Shown: positions 9,801 to 16,858, numbered from the stretch's first letter. The stretch is 17,556 nucleotides of DNA from Chthonomonadales bacterium (GCA_038217285.1 JBBQPO010000119.1:1-17556); one strand, 5' to 3'. The notes: a model not told the origin generated them from the letters alone. Made by a program: numbers and translations.

Positions 9801-10235
9801 GATCTTCTTTCTGGCAATATCCTATGTTACATCTGCGCCATGTTCAACAGCTTTGTTTACGACTTTTCGCTACGTATGCGGGGGATTGGCAGCATTACCA
9901 TGTCAGTCACTTACCAGATGACGATGCCGCGACTGACAGAAAAAGACGCAGCGTTCGCGCCGATAGTAGAACGGGCGGCAAAGCTTATCTGTACTACACC
10001 GGAGTTCGATGATCTAGCTCGCGAAGTTGGATTAAAAAGCCATGTTTATGGGGCTACTGATATGTTTGAACGCGCCCAACTTCGCGCCGAACTAGACGGC
10101 CTTATTGCACACCTCTACGGCCTGACGGAAGCAGAATTCGTCCACATTCTCAGCACTTTTCCTATCGTCGCAGAGCCGGTCAAAGTGGCGGCGCAGAACG
10201 CCTACCGTGACGTGGCCCGAGGACTTATCCAATGA
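6804..10235 (+). CDS. Type IIG / Eco57I-like amino (probably N6-adenine) DNA methyltransferase with a C-terminal target recognition region
   Basis: VPYLNGGLF, LGYIFEK, GAYYT, motif I LLDPACGSGAF, LYGVDI, GNSL, motif IV NPPW and LPLYEGKMIHQF. Start at 6804 (GAGGA upstream) or 6780. Confidence 0.92.
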   Translation: MPTLNIPRTRTLLEQFDFSTLFIEQLNWSRPVTRRPGAWQVEGVAYAYTHIAELAGVVVMEVTGPDEALPPAKVREAVQKGLTGLHRENLLIFVDKLRTQSLWRWVKREDGKTYPREHLYLKGQPGDLFISKISGMVFDISRFDAQGKVSLIAVSDALRNALDVERVTKKFFTEYADQRVKFTELIVGIDDERQRRWYASVLLNRLMFIYFLQRKFLIDGGERDYLQKKLAQTATQFGADNYYEVFLQPLFFEGFARPERERSPQAKALLGTVPYLNGGLFLEHKIEEAYRGKITIPDAAFANLFGLFEHYSWNLDDTPEGQPDEINPDVLGYIFEKYINQKEFGAYYTRPEITEYLCEHTIHQLILDTLNANQDIPGLPPVRHYHDIGDLLTHLDAPVCRRLLYEVLPHLSLLDPACGSGAFLVAAMKTLVNIYGAITGRIEYLGDKSLTVWLADTRKDHRSLNYHIKRKIITENLYGVDIMEEGADIARLRLFLALVSSVKTVDELEPLPNIDFNILAGNSLIGLLHVNENDFNGRLQLYGSYSEVVAEKNRLVANYRGLAEQKGFRNDLQILRDDIQQKIAEAGETLDELLLDEFLTLKIQFEQATWDVVMGKEGKAKKRSPNLFDIRDLQPFHWGYQFDEILKHGGFDAIITNPPWEIFKPQAKEFLTDYAVGITKNKMTIKEFEEKQTEALSDDNVRQEWEAFLSRFPHVSAYYRSAKQYENQISVVNGKKAGTDINLYKLFTEQCYNLLRTGGQCGIVLPSGLYTDLGTKQLRELLFDSTHITGLFCFENRKLIFEGVDSRFKFIVLTFGKTGRTEAFPAAFMRHDVAELREFPNRGALDISVEMVRRLSPDSFSIIEFKSDMDVCIAEKMLSFPLLGEKIEGTWNLVLATEFHMTNDSRLFRTTSGINRLPLYEGKMIHQFTHTWGEPKYWIDEREARKALGGRTGDNGQFLNYQRYRTAHREIARSVDERSMICSILPRNVFANHKLHVSRDLLSGNILCYICAMFNSFVYDFSLRMRGIGSITMSVTYQMTMPRLTEKDAAFAPIVERAAKLICTTPEFDDLAREVGLKSHVYGATDMFERAQLRAELDGLIAHLYGLTEAEFVHILSTFPIVAEPVKVAAQNAYRDVARGLIQ

Positions 10236-11419
10236 GACGCAAGCCTCTGCCTTTGCAATCGTTTCGCCTAAAAAACTTCAAGGCAGTGCGGGATAGCGGC
10301 ATTGTAAAGTTTACACCGTTGACTGTCTTCATCGGCAACAATGGCTCTGGTAAGAGCAGCCTCATCGAAGGACTGGAGACGTTTCAGTCTATCATTAGCG
10401 ATGGTCTGGACCGTGCAATGGAACCGTGGCGTGGTTTCGAGCACATATGGAATCAGGCTAACCCGCATCAGTTACGCTTCTCTCCAGACGTCCGCGAGGA
10501 CCACACGAATCCCATGCGCTTTGAATTGCGTGGAGACGGTTGGGGAGGCAACGTTTATGCCTCTATGGAGGTTAACGTAGGCCCAGGAGGTACGGAACTC
10601 TTCATAGGAAAAGAAGAGTTCCGCATGAGAGTACGTGACTACACTACTCGTGCCGTTCGAGATTCTAGCGGACAGGTACGAGCGACTAATACTTTGGATA
10701 AAAACGCAGCATTAGAGAATCTCGAACTTCTCGAAAGCGGAAGAAATTTTCTCAAGAGCAACCATATTGGTTCAGATCACTGGCAGTTTTTGTCGCTGGT
10801 TCCGCATGCTATGAGCGATCCGGTGCCGCAGAAACGGACGGGCGGGACGATTCGATTGGCGAAAGATGGGTCGAATGTCGCGGAGTACCTGTTGAGTATC
10901 CGCAAGATCGATCCGGCGGTCGTGGATGGCATTGTGGAGACGTTGCAGTATGTTCTGCCCTACGCACGGGATGTGCAGCCTGCGCTCACCTCGGAGCTGG
11001 AGCGGACTGTCTACCTGCAAATGACTGAGGGCAATTTCAAACTTCCCGGCTGGCTGCTCTCGACAGGGACATTGCGTGTTTTGGCTCTGCTGGCGGTGTT
11101 GCGGCATCCGAATCCGCCTGCTCTGCTGGTCATCGAGGAGATCGAGAACGGACTGGACCCGCGCACCATCCACCTGATTGTGGAAGAGATACGTAGTGCG
11201 GTGGAAAGCGGCAAGACGCAGATTATACTGACGACCCATTCGCCTTACCTGCTCGACCTGCTCACCCTGTCGCAGATCGTCGTCGTCGAGCGCGACGATG
11301 CCGGTTCCCCCGTCTTCACACGTCCCGGTAACGACGCAGCCCTACAGGAATGGACGCAGAAATTTGCGCCCGGACAGCTCTACACGATGGGGCGATTGAA
11401 CCGAAAGCAGTCGGAATGA
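10232..11419 (+). CDS. ABC-like AAA ATPase (AAA_21/AAA_15 type), defence-associated
   Basis: LKNFKAV, Walker A GNNGSGKSS, signature LSTGT, Walker B/D-loop IEEIENGLDP and H-loop TTHSP. ATGA overlap with the MTase stop codon. Confidence 0.9.
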   Translation: MRRKPLPLQSFRLKNFKAVRDSGIVKFTPLTVFIGNNGSGKSSLIEGLETFQSIISDGLDRAMEPWRGFEHIWNQANPHQLRFSPDVREDHTNPMRFELRGDGWGGNVYASMEVNVGPGGTELFIGKEEFRMRVRDYTTRAVRDSSGQVRATNTLDKNAALENLELLESGRNFLKSNHIGSDHWQFLSLVPHAMSDPVPQKRTGGTIRLAKDGSNVAEYLLSIRKIDPAVVDGIVETLQYVLPYARDVQPALTSELERTVYLQMTEGNFKLPGWLLSTGTLRVLALLAVLRHPNPPALLVIEEIENGLDPRTIHLIVEEIRSAVESGKTQIILTTHSPYLLDLLTLSQIVVVERDDAGSPVFTRPGNDAALQEWTQKFAPGQLYTMGRLNRKQSE

Positions 11420-12033
11420 AGATTGGCCTTATCCTGGAGTGTGGTCCGGAGGGGCCGGACCTTCATGTCTGCAAACATCTCGCCAAGCGGGTGCTGGCAG
11501 ACGGCGGTATCGAAGCCGAACTCTCCTTTACCACTCTGGACAACAAACCCAAACTGCTGCAACAGTGTGGAGACGCCGCTTTCGTCCTGCTCGGGCAAGG
11601 CTGCGAACGTGTTCTCATCGTCTGGGATCTCTACCCCGCGTGGCGAGAGCAAGGCCAAAAGCCCTGCCGCCGTGCAGACCGAGAGACAATATTCGGCGTC
11701 CTGGAGGCCGCGAACGTGGATAAAAACCGCGTGGCCCTGATCTGCATTCAGGAGGAGTTGGAAGCCTGGCTGCTGGCCGATGGAGACGTGCTGACCGGCT
11801 TTTTAAAGAGCATCAACAGCCATGTCAAAAAGGTGAAGCATCACAAAAATCCGGAACGTCTCGGGTGCAATCCCAAAACGGCCCTCAACAAGCTGATGCA
11901 GGAAAGTACAGGGCGCAAATATGAAGATTATGTCCACGCCCGCAAGATTGTGGCGAGGATTGACGACCTGTCGCGGCTAAGAAAATTTTGCCCGATTTTC
12001 CTGCGCTTCGAACATCATCTTCGCCGCCCGTAA
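11416..12033 (+). CDS. DUF4276-like (TOPRIM-related) protein, partner of the ATPase
   Basis: MKIGLILECGPEGPD, LIVWDL and IQEELEAWLLAD, plus an 'NPK..L' motif. ATGA overlap with the ATPase gene. Its stop codon lies in the loop of the REP-like hairpin. Confidence 0.8.
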   Translation: MKIGLILECGPEGPDLHVCKHLAKRVLADGGIEAELSFTTLDNKPKLLQQCGDAAFVLLGQGCERVLIVWDLYPAWREQGQKPCRRADRETIFGVLEAANVDKNRVALICIQEELEAWLLADGDVLTGFLKSINSHVKKVKHHKNPERLGCNPKTALNKLMQESTGRKYEDYVHARKIVARIDDLSRLRKFCPIFLRFEHHLRRP

Positions 12034-12668
12034 ACGAGCGGCCTGATGCGGTAAGGCCCATAAATGGGCCTGGGATGGTTGGCCTGTAGGATGAGGCGCA
12101 GAGGCGGGAGTTGACGGAGGGGCCATGTCGGCGCACGTTTATCATCAGTTGTTCTATCACATTGTTTGGAGTACGAAAGATCGCCTGCCGTTTATCACCG
12201 ACGATGTGCGGGAATGGCTGGTAGAGCGGGTCGCGAGCGAAGCCCGCAAGCGATACGCTATCGTTCTGGCCTGCAATGCGATGCCCGATCATGTGCATCT
12301 GTTTGTGAGCCTGCCGCCGACCGTAACGCTGGCAACCTTTGTCGGAGAGGTTAAAGGCGCAGCCAGTCATGCTTTTGGTCAGGAGTACGGACAAGTACGC
12401 TTCTTGAAATGGCAAATGGGCTATAGCGTCACCACTCTGCGCAAGAACGAGCAACAGATCGTCATTCGCTACATAGAAGATCAACAACGCCGCCACGCCG
12501 CTGGCAAAATCTGGCCTTCCCTGGAATCCATCAATGATGATACAGCGCCGCCGCCCTAACAAAAAACAGGCCAGCCGTCAATCTCCATGTCCGACCCCAC
12601 CTTCTTTAACAACCAACACAGCCCCCTTCAGGGGGCTTACCGCATCAGGCCGCTCGTTTACGGGCGGC
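12023..12668 (+). mobile_element. REPtron/IS200-like element: HUH transposase flanked by inverted double-hairpin repeats
   Basis: Perfect 33-bp inverted repeat gccgcccgtaaacgagcggcctgatgcggtaag (12023-12055 / 12636-12668). Inner hairpins aggccca-taaa-tgggcct (12054-12071) and agccccc-ttca-gggggct (12620-12637). Confidence 0.85.
12125..12559 (+). CDS. tnpA: IS200/IS605-family Y1 HUH transposase
   Basis: YHIVWSTKDR, HUH motif MPDHVHL, VKG, WQMGY and catalytic YIEDQ. 144 aa with a GGAGG RBS. No tnpB follows. Confidence 0.92.
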   Translation: MSAHVYHQLFYHIVWSTKDRLPFITDDVREWLVERVASEARKRYAIVLACNAMPDHVHLFVSLPPTVTLATFVGEVKGAASHAFGQEYGQVRFLKWQMGYSVTTLRKNEQQIVIRYIEDQQRRHAAGKIWPSLESINDDTAPPP

Positions 12669-12672
12669 TTTA

Positions 12673-12805
12673 GTTCGCCCCCAACGCATCACTGACTACC
12701 GCCTCTCTTGTTCGCCCTCAACGCATCACTGACTACCGCCTCTCTTGTTCGCCCCCAACGCATCACTGACTACCGCCTCTATTGTTCGCCCCCAACGGAT
12801 CGCTG
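12673..12805. repeat. 37-bp tandem repeat, three full copies plus one partial
   Basis: Unit gttcgcccccaacgcatcactgactaccgcctctctt starts at 12673, 12710 and 12747, with a partial diverged copy at 12784. There are no spacers. Confidence 0.95.
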
Positions 12806-12823
12806 TCCTCTTGGCGGAAGTGT

Positions 12824-12912
12824 GCAGGAATGCCCTCCCCAAACGGATCGCTGACTGCCGTAACCTTATTTCGCCTGAACTGCGCAGGAATGCCCTCCCC
12901 AAACGGAGAAGA
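12824..12912 (+). repeat. Two copies (period 60) of gcaggaatgccctccccaaacgga; the second is the right copy of the island-bracketing repeat
   Basis: Identical 24-mers at 12824-12847 and 12884-12907, homologous to 3140-3168. Confidence 0.9.
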
Positions 12913-12976
12913 GAAACGCAAGGTGAAAAAATTATGGCCGGATGCTTGTGGCGTCCGGCGGAAGGAGCGAAAGAAG

Positions 12977-13444
12977 ATGTTGACGTTACCGGAAGAGATC
13001 GCTACGGCCTGTGCGCCGCTGTTCGAGGCGGTGCCGTTGGAGAGTGCGATGGGGCGTCTGGTGGGCAGTGCGCCGCAACAGACCGAGATCGTGACGCAGA
13101 TTTTGCAGCATCCGGCGCTGACAAAGCGTCCGGAGCTTGCAGCGGGCCTCTGGCTCTATGTGGACGACCTGGACCGCAGCCACACTGTAAGCCAGTCGCT
13201 GGACGATGCTACGGGCGCGTACTGGCACGGCATCATGCATCGTCGCGAAGGCGATTTCAGCAACAGCCACTACTGGATGCGCCGCGCTGTCGCCCATCCT
13301 CTGCGTCGCTCTCGGCCGGAACTCGATCCGGATGCGCTGGTAGATGCCGTTGGAGCTGCCAAGGGCAGCGATAAGCCCGATCTCGTGGCCCGACAGCGCG
13401 AAGAGTGGAAAGCCCTCTTCGAATGGTGCGCGGCGCAGGCGTAG
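12977..13444 (+). CDS. Conserved hypothetical protein (155 aa)
   Basis: AAGGAG RBS upstream. Motif-like block GLWLYVDDLDRSHTVSQ...YWHGIMHRREGDFSNSHYW and C-terminal EWKALFEWC, typical of a widespread uncharacterised family. Confidence 0.8.
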   Translation: MLTLPEEIATACAPLFEAVPLESAMGRLVGSAPQQTEIVTQILQHPALTKRPELAAGLWLYVDDLDRSHTVSQSLDDATGAYWHGIMHRREGDFSNSHYWMRRAVAHPLRRSRPELDPDALVDAVGAAKGSDKPDLVARQREEWKALFEWCAAQA

Positions 13445-13481
13445 AAATTCTCTAAAATCAAACGGAACAGGAGCATTTTCA

Positions 13482-14561
13482 ATGGCGGAAAAAAGTGCGG
13501 TCTCGGCGAAGGAGACCATCAATATGGGGTTTATCGGCGTGGGGGGACGGGGACAGTATCTGCTGCGCCTCATGCTCACCGTGCCCGGCGTGAGGATTAC
13601 GGCGCTCAGCGACGCCGACCCGAACAACCTGGAGAAGGCGGCTGCGATGGTGGTCAAGGCGGGACAGCCGGTTCCGGCCCTGATCGGCGACTGGAAGACG
13701 CTGCTGGAGCGCGCGGATGTCGCGGCGGTCGTGAGCGCCCTGCCCTGCGATCTGCACGCCGCCTGCTATCTCGACGCCATAGCAGCCGGGAAAGACCTTT
13801 ACGGCGAGAAACCGATGTGCCTGACCGTGGCGGACTGCGACAGAGTCGTCGCAGCAGCGAACAAGGCCGACAAACAGATCGTGCAGATCGGGTTTCAGCG
13901 CCGCGCCGACCCGCGCTTCATCGAGCCGATGCAGCAGATCCATGCCGGAGAGCTCGGCACACTCGTCGAAGGCCGCGTCGCGTGGCTCAACTCCTGGGGG
14001 CCGCTCTACGGCTGGTTCGGCAAGCGGGACCGCTCCGGCGACTGGATGGTCGAGCAGGCCGTCCACAACTGGGACGTGATGAACTGGGCCAACGACTGCC
14101 TGCCGGTCCGCGCCATGGGCATGGGCCGCGCCGGCCTCTACGCCGACAAACAGCCCGACCGCGATGTCCACGACTACTACACGGCTCTCGTGGAGTACGA
14201 GAACGGGGTCATCGTCAATATCATCCATAGCTGGATCTCGCCCGGCCAGGAGGGCCATTTCAACCGGAATTTCAACGACGAGTACACCCGCCTGCTCGGC
14301 ACCGACGCCGGGATCGATTTCAACTCCGGCACCTTCTCCTACCGCAAAGAGCTCGACAAACCCGACCGCATCGGGCACAATCATCCCGGCGACATCAACG
14401 GCAGCCTGCTCTCGCTGGAGGCGTTCGTCAACTCCGTCCGCACCCGTTCGGCCCCCGTCGCCACCGTGGAGCATGGGCGCGCCTCCGTCCTCACCTGCCT
14501 GCTGGTGCGCGAGGCCGTCTATCGCAGCGGCGAAGTGACCATGAAGGAGCTGACCGCGTGA
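13482..14561 (+). CDS. Gfo/Idh/MocA family NAD(P)-dependent oxidoreductase
   Basis: Rossmann motif GFIGVGGRG, EKP motif, QIGFQRR and SGDWMVEQAVHNWD. AGGAG RBS upstream. Confidence 0.92.
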   Translation: MAEKSAVSAKETINMGFIGVGGRGQYLLRLMLTVPGVRITALSDADPNNLEKAAAMVVKAGQPVPALIGDWKTLLERADVAAVVSALPCDLHAACYLDAIAAGKDLYGEKPMCLTVADCDRVVAAANKADKQIVQIGFQRRADPRFIEPMQQIHAGELGTLVEGRVAWLNSWGPLYGWFGKRDRSGDWMVEQAVHNWDVMNWANDCLPVRAMGMGRAGLYADKQPDRDVHDYYTALVEYENGVIVNIIHSWISPGQEGHFNRNFNDEYTRLLGTDAGIDFNSGTFSYRKELDKPDRIGHNHPGDINGSLLSLEAFVNSVRTRSAPVATVEHGRASVLTCLLVREAVYRSGEVTMKELTA

Positions 14562-16312
14562 AACTCCGCTCTCTCACCCTCTGCGCGGCGCTGGCTCTCT
14601 TCAGCGCCGTAAGCCTCGGGCAACCCGCCCGCGCCGCCGACGACTACAAGCTCGGCCCCGACTCGATGCAGCAGCCCGATGTGCCGAAGGGCGAAGTCAC
14701 CTACTTCAAGGCCAAAAACAGCAAGGTGTTCGCCGGAGCCGAGCACGATGTCTGGGTCTATGTCCCGAAGCAGTACGACGCGGCCAAACCCGCCTGCGTG
14801 ATGATCTTTCAGGACGGCGGCGGCTTCCAGGATCGTAATGGCGGCTTTCGTGTGCCCGTCGTCTTCGACAACCTGATTGCGAAGAAGCAGATGCCTGTCA
14901 CCGTCGCGATCATGATCAATCCCGGCGTCGTGCCCGCAGCAGGCCCTAACGCGCTGCCGCGCTACAATCGCAGCTTCGAGTACGACGATCCCACCGACCG
15001 CTACGCCCGTTTCCTGCTGGAAGAGATCCTGCCGGAGGTCGGTAAGAAGGTCAGCCTCTCCCAGAACCCCGACGACCGTGCGCTCTGCGGCGCGAGCTCC
15101 GGCGGCATCTGCTCCTTCGTCGCCGCCTGGACACGCCCCGATCAGTTCCACCGCGTCGTCAGCTTCATCGGCAGCTTCACCGACCTGCGCGGCGGCAACA
15201 CCTTCGCCTCCGATATCCGCAAGTACGAGCCGCGCCCCCTGCGCGTCTTTCTGCAGGACGGGACCGCCGATCAGGACATCTACTCCGGCAACTGGTATAT
15301 CGGCAATCAGGATGTCGCGGCGGCGCTGCGCTTCGCGCGTAACGACGTGCAGTTCGTCGTCGGAACGCAGGGGCACAGCGGCCAGCAGGGCGCGTCGATC
15401 CTGCCCGACGCCCTGCGCTGGCTCTGGCGGGACTACCCCGCGCCCATTCGCGCCGCGACCGCCACGCCGCAGCCGATCATGAACATTCTGCTGCCCAACG
15501 AAGGCTGGCAGGCCGTCGAGGCTCCGTTTGCCGCAGGCGCTCTCGCCGCCGATCCCTTCGGCAATGTCTACGTCGCCTCAAGCTCCTCCGGACGCATCGA
15601 CAGGATGGCACTCGACGGCACGATGTCGCGCTTCGCGGACGGCGCCGCCAGCGCGTCCGCGCTGGCTTTCAGCCCGGACGGCCTCCTCTACGCGGCCCAA
15701 AACGGAGCGAAACGCCTGGTCTCCTGCGATGCGAATGGGAAAGAGACGGTGATTGCACGGGGCGTGACGGCGAACGGCCTCACGATCAATCATCAGGGCG
15801 AAATATACCTGACGGACGCGAAGAACGGAAAGATCTACTTCCTCGGCAAGAACGGACGCAAGGTTCTGGCCGACGCCGGGCAGCCTAACGCCAGCGGTCT
15901 TGCATTGACGCCGGACCAGACCCTGCTCCAGGTCGCCAACACCAGCCCCGGTAAACTGCTGACCAGCTATCAGATCCAGCCCGGCGGCGTTCTGGCAGGC
16001 AAACAGGAGTTCTTCGACATCCACATTCCGTACAGCGTCCCGAGCAGCGGCGCGAACGGCATGACCAGCGATACGCTGGGCTGGCTCTATATCGCCACGA
16101 ACTCCGGCATCCAGGTCTGCGATCAGGCAGGGCGCGTCAACGGCATCATCGCCAATCCGGATCGGCGCGCGGCGTCTGCTGTCGTCTTCGGTGGCCCGAA
16201 CCGTGACATTCTCACCATCATCGCCGACGGCAAGATCTTCCGCCGGAAGACGAAGGCCCGAGGCGTCCTCTCCTATGAGGCGCCTGTCAAGCCGCCGGGG
16301 CCGCGCCTTTAA
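14558..16312 (+). CDS. Exported fusion of an alpha/beta-hydrolase (enterochelin esterase-like) and an SMP-30/gluconolactonase beta-propeller
   Basis: Signal peptide ending ARA-A, VWVYVP, FQDG and nucleophile elbow GASSGG. C-terminal propeller motifs ANGLTI, NGMTSDTLG and VVFGGPNR. GTG start overlapping the upstream stop, with an AAGGAG RBS. Confidence 0.85.
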   Translation: MKLRSLTLCAALALFSAVSLGQPARAADDYKLGPDSMQQPDVPKGEVTYFKAKNSKVFAGAEHDVWVYVPKQYDAAKPACVMIFQDGGGFQDRNGGFRVPVVFDNLIAKKQMPVTVAIMINPGVVPAAGPNALPRYNRSFEYDDPTDRYARFLLEEILPEVGKKVSLSQNPDDRALCGASSGGICSFVAAWTRPDQFHRVVSFIGSFTDLRGGNTFASDIRKYEPRPLRVFLQDGTADQDIYSGNWYIGNQDVAAALRFARNDVQFVVGTQGHSGQQGASILPDALRWLWRDYPAPIRAATATPQPIMNILLPNEGWQAVEAPFAAGALAADPFGNVYVASSSSGRIDRMALDGTMSRFADGAASASALAFSPDGLLYAAQNGAKRLVSCDANGKETVIARGVTANGLTINHQGEIYLTDAKNGKIYFLGKNGRKVLADAGQPNASGLALTPDQTLLQVANTSPGKLLTSYQIQPGGVLAGKQEFFDIHIPYSVPSSGANGMTSDTLGWLYIATNSGIQVCDQAGRVNGIIANPDRRAASAVVFGGPNRDILTIIADGKIFRRKTKARGVLSYEAPVKPPGPRL

Positions 16313-16370
16313 GAGTATGACCACCTGCTGCACTTGAGACACTGCGGCGCAAAGAAAAACATGAGGAAGG

Positions 16371-16409
16371 AGAACGGAGGCTGTCACGACCGGTGACAGC
16401 CTCCGTTCT
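16371..16409. terminator. 17-bp perfect hairpin, probable terminator or RNA-stability element
   Basis: agaacggaggctgtcac-gaccg-gtgacagcctccgttct, downstream of the 12977-16312 genes. The U-tract is weak. Confidence 0.6.
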
Positions 16410-16525
16410 ATTGTGGTGGAACAGAGACACAGGCAGGTACGTCCTATCGACATCGCCCCATAGTACCGGTAGAAAGAAGAGGTTCGCTTCTTTTTTCTAA
16501 ACCTCTGTCAAGGAGATATGAAAAC

Positions 16526-16858
16526 ATGCTTCGCAATTCACGTGTGATCGCGGCGGCTCTATTGACCGCCTTTATAGGAACCACAACTCTTGCCGTCCCC
16601 ATGGCCGCAAGAGCCAGCGAAGAGGGCAAACGGAATACGACCCTTGGCCTCGGAGCGGCGGCGGCGGCTCTGCTGCTGACCCAGAAAAACAAGCTTCCGG
16701 GCGCTCTTGTCGGCGTGGGCGCGGTCTACTCGTATTCCCAGTATCAGAAGGACATCAACCGCCGCCATAAGCGCGAGCGCCTTTCGGCTTATCATACCGG
16801 TTTCCACCGCGGCAGCGCCTATGCTCGCTCTCACCGCCGCAGAAGCAATAACGGCTGA
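16526..16858 (+). CDS. Small exported or membrane hypothetical protein
   Basis: AAGGAG RBS, signal peptide ending ARA-S, glycine/alanine-rich hydrophobic hairpin and a basic C-terminus. Confidence 0.75.
   Translation: MLRNSRVIAAALLTAFIGTTTLAVPMAARASEEGKRNTTLGLGAAAAALLLTQKNKLPGALVGVGAVYSYSQYQKDINRRHKRERLSAYHTGFHRGSAYARSHRRRSNNG

Noticed and set aside
3205-12033. Complete DISARM or BREX system
   Set aside because: No DrmA/DrmB (DUF1998), PglZ or BrxC-like genes are present in the island.
12673-12912. CRISPR array (37-bp units; 24-bp repeats separated by 36 bp)
   Set aside because: The 37-bp units are head-to-tail with no unique spacers. The single 36-bp 'spacer' is itself homologous to the tandem unit. 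No cas genes are present.
12560-12976. tnpB or omega-RNA downstream of tnpA
   Set aside because: There is no RuvC/zinc-finger ORF. The element closes with its inverted arm at 12668.
12745-13374. ORFs starting in the tandem repeats (12745 and 12782 starts)
   Set aside because: They begin in repeat DNA with repetitive translations. The real gene has an RBS-supported ATG at 12977.
1108-16453. Long antisense or alternate-frame ORFs (e.g. 1108-2598, 3043-4017, 4231-5478, 13479-14474, 14519-15376, 15578-16453)
   Set aside because: These are shadows of well-supported genes in GC-rich DNA and show no recognisable motifs.
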